A stretch of 63,829 bases of DNA, counting the filler, from Reclinomonas americana ATCC 50394 (lineage: Eukaryota), in NCBI GenBank assembly GCA_048213135.1. It is 17 parts of 17 records of this genome, joined end to end, with 100 filler letters (N's around TTAATTAATTAA, not from the genome) between each part and the next. Parts side by side here need not be neighbours in the genome. Positions count along the whole stretch, not along the records: positions 15,782 to 21,453 come from AFZH01020679.1; positions 21,554 to 27,555 come from AFZH01020680.1; positions 27,656 to 33,604 come from AFZH01020681.1; 14 more parts are not named here. The stretch is one strand, 5' to 3'. Below, piece after piece: positions 20,469-30,948 of the stretch (the first letter of the stretch is position 1; the number at the start of each line of letters is the position of its first letter). A model generated the notes under the pieces. That model made no database searches, was not told the DNA's origin, and saw only the letters and a list, made by a program, of their open reading frames with translations. The translations under genes were made by a program, and so were the position numbers.

Positions 20469-23400
20469 CTACAACGAAGCGCTCAACTTGCGGGCATCCA
20501 GCGGCACAAAGTCCTTGGGCTCCGGTCCTGCTCAGCACACAAACGACAAAGGTGAGCAGATTGATCTTGATTCCGTACCCCGCCCTTCCCAATCGCACCA
20601 TTGTAGAGCGCCGAGGGCCGAATGAGTCGGTTGTTGGCGCGCTGCTCAATGATGTGCGAGGCCCAGCCGGAGGTGCGGGCCACCACAAACACCGGCGTGA
20701 AGAGATTGGTGGGGATGCCTGCTCCAGCGAGTCAGTAACTCATTCGCCCACAGAAACAAGCGCTCTGCACTCACCGCACTGGTGGTAGGCACTGGCGCAG
20801 TAAAAGTCCAGGTTGGGGAACATCTTCTTCTCGCGGCTCATCACGTGCTCGATGCGCTCGGAGACAGCGTAGAGAGCCGGGCAAGCGCCCTGCTCGGGGC
20901 GGCGCTCCGCCAGCTGGCGCGAGCAGTCCTTGATGATGGTGGTGCGCGGGTCCGAGGTCTTGTAGACGCGATGGCCAAAGCCCATGATCAGCTCCCTCTT
21001 GCGCAGCATTTCCATTACCTGTGACAAGACAGACATCAACACCACATGGGCGAGAGGTGCGGTGGAAGGTGAGAGAGTATTACGCAACGGCAGCCTCGGC
21101 CTCCTCGGCATTCGCAAAGCGCGACACGAGGTGCATGGCGGCCTCGTTGGCGCCGCCGTGCAGCGGGCCGCGAAGGGTGCCAATGGCGGCAGTGATGGAC
21201 GAGTAAAAGTCGGAGAGGGTGGAGGCGGTGACGCGTGCCGAGAAGGTGGATGCTGGGCGGTCAGGGGTATGAGCGGGAGGGGGGATAGGGGGGAGACGGG
21301 AGAGTGCAACTCACCGGCGAATTCGTGCTCAGCGTAGAGAATCAGAGAAATGTCCACCACGCGGACGCAGAGGGCGTCGGGCTGAGCGTCGGCGTGGACA
21401 GTGAGTGAGTGGGGATTGGGGGGGGGGGGGGGGTAGGGGAGGGAGGAGGAGAGNNNNNNNNNNNNNNNNNNNNNNNNNNNNNNNNNNNNNNNNNNNNTTA
21501 ATTAATTAANNNNNNNNNNNNNNNNNNNNNNNNNNNNNNNNNNNNNNNNNNNNAAGCGATGGGGAAGGAGTAGGAGGAGTGACATGGGGGAAGAAAAACG
21601 GACACAAAAGGGAGAGGCTAGGTGAAGACATCGCAGTAGAGCGAAGGCGCACTAATCAACGGAGCAACATGCTGGGAGCGCAGGATAACAGCCGAGACAT
21701 GAATGCCAGTCTCGCCATTTGGAAGACATTGCGTTGGCTCTCACAGCGTTGGCAAGTCGATTTTCGACTGCGGACAGTTCACCCATCACTCACGTAACAC
21801 ACAGAGGGGATGAACGGAAGCAAGTCGAGAAACAAAAGAGAGAGCGGAGCCAAAGAAGACGCTGAGAAAACAGAGAGTCGAGGCGAGAATGGTGGAGGAC
21901 GAAGAAGCTCCCAAAGGAAACGTGCAACGCGAGAAACCGCAATGTTTTTCTCTTCTTCCTTCCCCCTCTTCCTTTTCCCCTCTCTCTCTCTCGGTGAACA
22001 AACCTCCTCGGTTGCTGGCAAGCGCTTCAACAGCTTCATGAAATTGGTAGCAATTGTGTCCTTCTCGTCAGTGCGCGTCTCGATGCGCACACCCGACTCG
22101 TGGTAGTGATGCCAGTACAGCATGATCTGCAACAACAATGTGCTGCATTTTCAGCGACAAAGCAGATGGCAAGCGTAGGCGATGGAGCAGAACTCACCGG
22201 ACCGAAGCGCGCCATCAGACTGTCAGCCACATCGTACTGCGAAGGGAGCGCTGAGAGATAAGCCGGAAAAATATGCAGCGCACTGGCAAATAGAAACTCA
22301 CACACCTGCGACAGACCCTCGTCACTCGACACCAAACGATCAGCATTTTCTGGCTCCGAGCAACCGAGGAACGACGCCGCCGTGCGCAACACGTCCTGAG
22401 AAAGCAAGTAATGAGTGAAAGCAGGAGGGACGGCATGCGAGTGAGTCTCGGTGACTTGGATCAATGGAGAACTCAGGCATCGATTCTCTTCCCACCATCT
22501 ACAACAGTCTCACTGCAAAGCCCTCTGCGACCGCACATTCCCAGCTGGCAACTGTCAAGTACTTACAGCAGGCATCAATTCTCTGCGCAGCCACAGCCGC
22601 ATTCCACAACAAATCTCATTCTCGGTGGTGTGTTGCAAAGACTCGCTCACGCATTCTGCTCAAACCCAGCGACCACCAATCCCATCTCCCAGCTTGCAAA
22701 AGTATTGAGAAGACAGTCGGCAGGGACTCTCTCTGCTTCTTACTGCTTCTGTCTCACAATAGCCCCAGTGATCGTGTCTATCCTCGCTTGCACAACTGGC
22801 ACACTCACTTCAATCACCGATTCGACAGCTCACTCACTTCTCCGCCTCACTGCCAGCATACTTCTGCTAGGCGATGCTCTACAACTCCTGTTGCATCATT
22901 CTCGCTGTGCAGGACTGCACATCCCATCTCCCAACTTGTATCAGTGTAACGCAGAATGCAAGCATGCTTACTCCTTACTCCGCCGGAGCGACAATATACT
23001 CGTAACTTGCAACTCTCATGCTGCATCAGTCTCACTGCCCTCCCGGACCACACGTCACGCTTGCACCACTGTCACGATTGAAGACAGCATGGATTTCTCC
23101 GCAGCTCACTGACCACTCCGCCCAGTGCGACTCACTTCCTACTCGCATCTATGACTCCACATATCGATCCTCTGACACATCAGGAAGCCGAATTCTGCAG
23201 AGCCCCACTGACAACAACCCTATCTCCCAGCTTTCAACAGTGTGTCACGCTGAATGCAAGCACAGACTCTTCTCCCACTACTCTTCATACAGTTCCTGCA
23301 GCTGCATCAGCCTCACTTATCTCCCCGCGCACCCCCTCAACTCCGCGCCCTCTCTCCTTCCCCTTCCATTACGCACCATCGGATGCGACGCCGCCGGCAA

Positions 23401-24194
23401 CAACTCCAGCATATGCCTCAACTCCGGCGACAAGTACCGAAATCGCGCCAATCGCACAATGTACTCGTCCAACTCACTCCGCGTCGGAAGTCGTCCATAC
23501 ACCAACAAGTATGCAATCTCTGCATAAGAACAACACAAACACAAACAAGAAGAGGCCGACATGTCACAACATGCACACAAACAAACTTGCACAAGCACAC
23601 ACACACACACACACACTTGCACTCACTCACACACTCACACACACACACTCACTCACACTCACTCACACTTGCACACACACACTCACACACTCTCACTCTC
23701 TCACACACACGCACTCGCACACACTCACTCACACACTCACTCACTCACTCACTCACACTCTCACACACACTCTCTCTCTTCTCTTTCTCCCTCTCTCTCC
23801 TCTCTCTCCTCTCCCGCCTGCTGCATCAGCTGCTCACCTTCAAAGATGCAGTTGTTTGCCAGATCCTGTGCGCACGCACATGTGAGACACGCATTGCTGC
23901 ATCAGTGTGCCAGTGTGAGCGTGTGACGCAACACTGATGTTGTACCCGCGATAGAGCAAGCCGAGGCCGGCCTGGCCTACAGTGCAGATGCCGGTCTCAC
24001 CAGCAATCACGCCTGCGTGTGTGTGTGTGCGAGTGTGTGTGAGAGAAGAGTGAGAGTGTGAGGGAGAGTGTGTGCGACGTGCCTGCAAGTCCCTTCGAGT
24101 ACGCTGGGGGTGCGGCGGAAGGTGATGCAGCACCGGCCACTGGAGAGGCCACCAGTGGAGTGCTGTCAGAGGAGGAGGCGGAGGAGGAGGCCAT
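20469..24194 (-). CDS. prpC: Bacterial-type 2-methylcitrate synthase / citrate synthase, multi-exon
   Basis: [90 protein letters not shown] and [23 protein letters not shown] closely follow proteobacterial PrpC. Stop TAG at 20471-20469. Confidence 0.9.
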
Positions 24195-24801
24195 TTCACA
24201 CGATTTGACTGGATGCGGAGATTCTTACTGGGACGTGGTGTGTTCGATGTTCCACGAAGTCGCTTGCCGTGATTCGTGCAGAGAGTGAAAGAGAGAGAGC
24301 GTCTTTGTTCGTCGTGTTGACAATCGCCATGTGGATGAGTTGTCGACGTCGACGTTGATTCTGATATTGTCATATTGTCGCGATCGAGCGTCCACCAAAC
24401 CAAAAGCAGCCAGTGGCATGCGCAGCTGATGTGATGGCCTAGCCCACCCATATCCAAAGTGTAATCCCAAACGCCAGTCTCGACGTACGCGTCGACATGC
24501 GCGACTTTTCATGCGCTGCGGGCATGTGGCCGGTGCACGTCGCGTTGGTTTCAGCCACTGCAGCTGCCGCATGCCGCGTGCTGCGACCGTTCGAGCGCTT
24601 TGGAGGAGCACTGATACCACCTTGCGTTCTCGCTGCACATTAGCAAGCGCCAACTGCGCGCGGTCGGCGCCGGCGATCGCCACGCTTCGCTCGGGAATCG
24701 ATATCCGGACCCCGATGCCTGCGGACTACAAATCACTCAAATGCACGTACGAAAACAACGTGGGACCCGGCACTCCGACCTTCCGAGAAATACTGTTTTG
24801 T

Positions 24802-24833
24802 TCGGAGCCAAAATGCATTCCGATTGGCTCCGA
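24802..24833. promoter_or_regulatory. Perfect 10-bp inverted repeat (TCGGAGCCAA-N12-TTGGCTCCGA) in the divergent prpC/peroxiredoxin intergenic region
   Basis: The dyad is seen directly about 110 nt upstream of the ATG at 24941. A regulatory role is inferred. Confidence 0.4.
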
Positions 24834-24940
24834 CGTTCGGATTTATAGACGCCGCGTTTGCAGACGAACCATTCGTTTTATTCAACGCTTTCTGTCGAGC
24901 ACTCACCACTCACACACATTATCAAACAACTCTCCTCGCC

Positions 24941-25785
24941 ATGTCAACCTTCGCTTCTGAGAACGCCGCGCACACCGCGCAAGTCTTTGCCAGTTTCGGT
25001 GGTGGACTGCCAGCACCATTCAACGATTTCATTGCCGACAGTGGAGAACTTGTCGGCAAGATCGGCGTTGCCGTCGGCAGTGAGGTGTGTACGCGACAAC
25101 TTGCACGTCCATCTGTCTCTCTCTCTGTCTCCGCTTCGTCACTGACCCTTGTACATGCAGGTTCCCGACTTCACCGTGACAAAACTCGACGGATCTCCCG
25201 TCCGTCTCGGCGACCTGACGGCCTCGGGCCCGGTGGTGGTCGTATTCTTCCGCGGCTCCTGGTGCCCGTGGTGCAACTTCCACTTGAAGGCGTTGCGTCG
25301 CGCGTTGCCCGAGCTGCGCGCCGCCAATGCCACACTGCTGCTCGTGTCGCCCGAGAGCCCCGACCGTCAGAGCGCCTGGGAAGAGGCACGTACCTGAACT
25401 TCACCACCACCACATGATACTGATCGCGCGCTGTGCTGACTCCCTCCTCTCCCCCCACTTTGTAAATGTACAGTTGTCAGCCGCTGATCACGACGACGGT
25501 GTGATTGTCGCACAAGATCCGCAGCTGCAAGTCGCCAAGCAGCTCAACATTGTGGTCAACGTCCGCGAGGACCTGAAGCAGGTGTATTTGACAGCGTTGC
25601 ATTTGGACCTGACCACGATCAACGCCAGTGCTGCTGGTGCAAGTGACTGGGCTCTGCCAGTTCCGGGTGCACTGGTCATTGATCAGCGCCGGGTGGCGCG
25701 CCATGTTGAGTTTTTCGGCGACTTCACCACGCGTGTCGATCCTGCCGGTATTGTGGCCGCACTCCAGGCTCTGCAAGCCTTGTAA
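24941..25785 (+). CDS. AhpC/TSA-family peroxiredoxin-like protein (3 exons: 24941-25084, 25161-about 25385, about 25474-25785)
   Basis: VPDFTV...GPVVVVFFRGSWCPWCN (CxxC) and WALPVPGALVIDQ...DFTTRVDP match the mostly bacterial PRX-like subfamily. Confidence 0.85.
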
Positions 25786-25946
25786 AAAATGAACTGAGCC
25801 ACAGCATTGCAATTCTTGATCTTATCACTCACCAGTAAGCTGTCAAACGATGTCAACGACAATGAGGGAGCATCGTCTGCTGTATGCGATTCCACACTCC
25901 CTGCCACGACTACTTCGCATCGTACAATACAGTATTATAGAACAAG

Positions 25947-28900
25947 TCACCTTCTTCCCTTATGCGGCGGAACCACAAATGTGTGGAATCCATATCCTTC
26001 GCCCGCATCCACGCCCTCCACTCGCACGCGGCACACGGGACACTCGCCGCTCTTGTTCGCCAGCCGCTCCGCACACTCCCGACACAACACCTGGTGCATG
26101 CACGGACGCAGTCGCGTCTCGCGCAGTCCGTCGCACACCATGCACGCTCGCCGGCACGACAACACCGTGAGATCGCTCAACTCGCTCGCCAGCTGCTGAG
26201 CGGTCGGACGACGTGCTGGTCGACCGTCCAGGCATCTGCAGATTGACCATGCATGTCAGTCAGCGTGTCTCCTCTCAACTCTCTTGGAGACACACAAACC
26301 TCAGTGCCAATCGCACAATCCTCTCGCACACAGGAGCCGGCCACGGTCGACCGACACCACCGTCGGCCAGTTCCACAGCGGCTTTGAGCAGTGCTTCGCC
26401 ATCGTCGCCATCCTCTATCTCCTCCAGTGCCTCCACTCGTCGATGCACCTCCTCAATCGGCAGGCCGCTGAACACTTGCAGCAGGACGAGACCGAGAGAG
26501 AACACATCCGAACTCAGTCGTAGCTGTCCGTGCATGGCCTTGGGATCGGCGTACTTGGGGTCGCCAGCAAAGTGCACTGACAGATGCGTCTGTGGCACGA
26601 GGAGGGGAAGGGATGAGGGGAGGGGAAGCGAGAGACAGAGCAAGATCTAGAAAACGTTACTCACCCCCTCAGTGCGGAACCAGTGCGCCACTCCCAGGTC
26701 CGAGATGTACGCCATTCCACTGTGGTTGAACAGAATGTTGGCTGGCTTCAGGTCGCGGTGGATCACTGAGAGAGAGAGAGAGAGAGCAAGTGAGTGGAAC
26801 GAAATGAGCAGAGAGTGCAGAGCAGACACGCGTACCATTCTGCGCATCCAAACAAGCGCACAAAATAGACAGGCGTCAGTTAACAACGAGAAGATGAAGC
26901 AAACACACATGCCACATCTCTCACTCACATGCCTGCATCATCAGCAAGAACAATGTGAGTCCGATAGCATGAAGAAGGAAACAAAAAACAACGAGACATG
27001 TGACACGCAACTTGTGCAGGGAGGCAACCGCCTCGGCACATCGCAGCATGCACGTCATTCGTGCCTCAATCGACATGGCTGGCAGTCCACGCTCCGCCCA
27101 CTGCAGCAGTCGGTGCTCCAAGTTGTGCTCACTGCGAATTACGAGGGAGTGAGAACACAAAAAGAAATCTCAGGAAAGACCATGAGATGCGGTGGTGGTC
27201 ATTGATCAAGACAGAGAGACAGAGCAAGACACGTCCAGAATAAATTAGCAGAAAGCACTCTCTCTCTCCCTCTCTCCCCTACGTTTGTCTCGATCGGTCA
27301 CTCTGCATCACACTTCCACCTGCTCATGATCACTCTTCTTTCTTTCTTACTTGCTTTCTCTCTCGCTCACACTCCTTTCTCGCTCCGTTTGTCTCAACAA
27401 TCTCTCAGTTAATGTCAGTCACTCTGCGAAACACCTCCCGTTGCTCAATGCAATATCTTTCTTTCTGTTTTACTCTCTCTCTCTCTCTGCGCTTCCACTA
27501 GTTGTTCTCGTTGCTCTTAACAGTCACTGCTGATACCATCTGTACTCACTCCCTCNNNNNNNNNNNNNNNNNNNNNNNNNNNNNNNNNNNNNNNNNNNNT
27601 TAATTAATTAANNNNNNNNNNNNNNNNNNNNNNNNNNNNNNNNNNNNNNNNNNNNTTGCCGAGAGCGCACACCGTAAGATCACATACATGCTCCCGCCCA
27701 CGCAAATACCCCCTCCTCTCTCTCTCTCTCCCTCTGTTTCCCTCACACTCACCTCATCGCCTCGAGCACCACGCATCGCTTGCCGTCGTCCGACTCCGCA
27801 AATCCAATCAGTGGCACAACACCAGCCACACTCACCGCCTTCAGCTTCTCCAACTGACATGCAACCCGAGTGATGGTGAGTGGAACACATTTTCTCTTTC
27901 TCTCTTCGTCACCATCCCCCACTCTCACCTCATTGGAGAACGACTCGATGCACCACGGCAACGCGCTGTCAAACACCTTGATCGCCACACTCTGTCCGGC
28001 CCACTGCCCACAAAACACCTGACCCTGTCCGCCGGCGCCGCCCAGTCGCTCTGCAAAGTTGCTGCTCATCGACACCACTTGCTCCCACGAAAACGCCGTC
28101 AATGGCGCTGCATTCATCGTCATCAAACAAACAAAGTGAGTTTCCCATCATCATTCTTTCCCCTTCACCTCCTCCTGCTGCCTAACGCACCTCGGTGGGT
28201 GAGATCGCGCTGCACGGCAGCCAGGTCGGCCTCGAGTCGCTGAGCTCTGTCACGCTCGCGCTGTCGCTGCTCATCCACTCGATCCAGTGCCTCCTGCAGC
28301 GCGGTACGCGCGATTTCGTGCTGCTGGAGAGAGGCAGCGTGCTGAGCAATAATGCTCTCGTTGGCCTGCACGCGACATTCCCACTCGCCCATCCTCGCTT
28401 GCTGCTCGTCCAGCTGTCGCTGCAATTCCGCCATTTGTTGCTGCACCCGCTGCACAGATTCCTCCTGTTGTCGCACTCGCTCCTGCCACTCGCTTGCTCG
28501 CTGTCGCCACTCCTCCTGCTCTCGGTGTGCCGCCTCGACCTCCTGCCGCAGCTGCGCGGCGGTATGCTCGTAGTGCTGCACACGCGCCTGCCACTCGCTT
28601 GCCCGCTGCCTTTGTTCCACGAGCTCCTGTTGCACCGCTTCGGGCGGGGGCAGAGCCTGTCCTTGGCCGCCTGCCTGGCCGATGGGGCCACCATTCTCGA
28701 GCGGAGAGTGCGAGGAGGCGGCGACGGATGTTCCGGATGCCTGCGGAAATGCATGCCAGATAAGCGATCGTAAGGCAGAGAAGGCTGGGGTGGACGCCAA
28801 CGAAACAGATGTTCCAGTGGACGATTGAACAGCATCGACAGGCACTGCGACCACAAACACATAAAAAGAGTGAGCAAGGAACAGCCTGAGGTGACAAGAC

Positions 28901-30528
28901 ATGCACTCACCGGCAGAAGAGCCCGACTGGTCCTGTTGCAGCTGTGCCTTCTTCTTCTTCTTCTTCTTGTTCTTCTTCTTCTTCTTCGTTGCCTCTTGGT
29001 CGTGCGGCACTCCTTCCTTGCGCCGGGCTTCCTCAAGAGCTGCACGAACATCTTCCAGCTGCTTCCGATCACTATGTTGTGTCGAGTATCGAGCGCCTAG
29101 CAGCCGCTCCCGCCTGCTCACGATGTGCTCCATCAAGCGCACGGCTTCCTCCAAGTTCTCAATGCCACCGAGTTGGAAGAGATGAAGCGCATGGCACTGG
29201 CTGTCGCGCAGCGTAGTTGGATGATCATCGCCAAGGTCCTCTTGTTGGTGTGGGAGAAGTTCTCGACCGAGTCGAACTGCCTCTTCGTAGTTCCCGCACG
29301 ACCCAAAAGCGAGAGCAAGCTCGTACATAGCCTGCGCCAAAACGACAGGATTCGATACGACCTCGTATGCTCGGTTGAACTCATCCAGTGTCTCGGCAAG
29401 CAGTGCAGCGGCTTCCTCCGCTCGGCCAATCTGGAACATGGCGCGACCAAGTCGTGCCGACACGGAGAGGCTAAGGGAGCTGACAGTGTCTATCTGCTCC
29501 AGCGTATCCTCAAGCAGATCAATGGCCTCCGTCACACTGCTGTCGCCACCGACGGCGAGAAGAAACTCGCTGAGTTCGAATGTGTTGTCAAGTTCATCAG
29601 CACTATAGTCGTCGTCGTAGCCGTTGTCGAGAAACTCACGCTCAGCTGCCACAAACTCGCGCATCATGTCAACTGCCGCCTGGCTGTCGCCGCTGCAGTG
29701 GAGTACACAGGCGAGATCGTGCATCGTATACAGTGTCTCATTGTCGTCTTCTGGCAACACGCGTTTCTGACGCTGCAGAGTGTCACGAAACAGAACAACG
29801 GCTTCGTCGTACCGACCAAGCTCACGCAGTGCGTCACCGAGCCCCCACGCCACCATCAGCGTGGTACTATGGTCCACACCAAGGTGCTTCTGCATTCCTT
29901 GAAGGGCACGCTCAAAGGTAGTCACAGCCTCAGTCAAATTTGCAGTGCCACCGACTTCGACGAGAACTATGGCAAGGCTGCGCAAGGTTTCGCACCTGTC
30001 GACTGCACCCAACACGTGCTTGTCTCGTCGCAGCAAGTCGCGGAGAACTAGGACTGCCTCGTCGTACATGTGGGCTCCCTGCAGCGCCGTCGAGAACCAA
30101 TCCAACACCTTCACCAGAGACACATCGCTCTCTGGCAGAAGGCGTTTCATCTTCTCTGCTGTGGCTCGCAGCAACGCGATACCCTTATTCGGTCGACGGG
30201 TTTCATACAGTAATTTGCCCTGCACGCCCGACGTCAACATCGTCAACACGTGGTCGTCGCCGTACACCCGGCTGTAACGCTCCGACAGCTCCTCAAGCAC
30301 TCGAAGAGAGTGCCCGCGCGCATCTGACAACGCCAGACTCCGCAGCTGCTTCTGTGCAGACGAAATCGTCCACTTTTTGTTGTCGGGGCCGAACAGCTCA
30401 GTAAAGTCGCGCACGCACTCGGCAAAGAGCGACGCCGCCTCGTCGTGCTCTTCGTCTTTCTCGGCCTTCTCTGCCGCAGCGTATCGCTCAGTTGCCGTCG
30501 CCAGTCGCTGACGTTTTCCAGAATCCAT
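25947..30528 (-). CDS. TPR-repeat / coiled-coil / RLK-Pelle(IRAK)-like kinase / RING protein, copy 1
   Basis: About 42-aa TPR_12-type repeats (LGxDHxxTL) and a Q/E-rich coiled coil. The kinase reads FSWEQV..NF.ERLGGAGGQGQVF, VAIK, HRDLKPANIL, DLG, SDVFSLG, WP...LALRC...RRP. The C-terminal RING reads CMVC..PCMH..CREC...CPVC. Confidence 0.85.
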
Positions 30529-30948
30529 AATGTTGGCGTGCGTGAGCGGAAGACAGTATGTGTGTGTGTAAGAGGGTATGTGGTGTGTGTGTGTGTGTGT
30601 GCAAGCGCGTGTGTGTCTTGTGCGGTGGCGGCAATGTCTTCTCTATACTCCTTGTGTGATGACGCAAGCACCCTTCGATGTCTGTGGGACATCGGCGAGA
30701 ATGACTTGGAACACACCGCACATGCCCTTCTGATTCCAAGCAACAGCGCAGTGCGTGCTGTAATGATCACCGACTCGATGGAGATCGCAGCGCAACATAG
30801 ACAAGGAACAAGGAGAGCCAAGTAATGTCGACGTCGGCGAAGCCACTTGCACGGTCTCCGGGAGTCTGCCTGCGTGTCTGCGAACCCACATCCTCTTCCG
30901 CGACTCCATCGCGTCGTACAATACAATAAAAATACAACAATTCATTCT

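Noticed and set aside
26765..27011. Kinase genes as frameshifted pseudogenes
   Set aside because: The frame is restored exactly by two splice-site-flanked 4-nt exons conserved in both copies.
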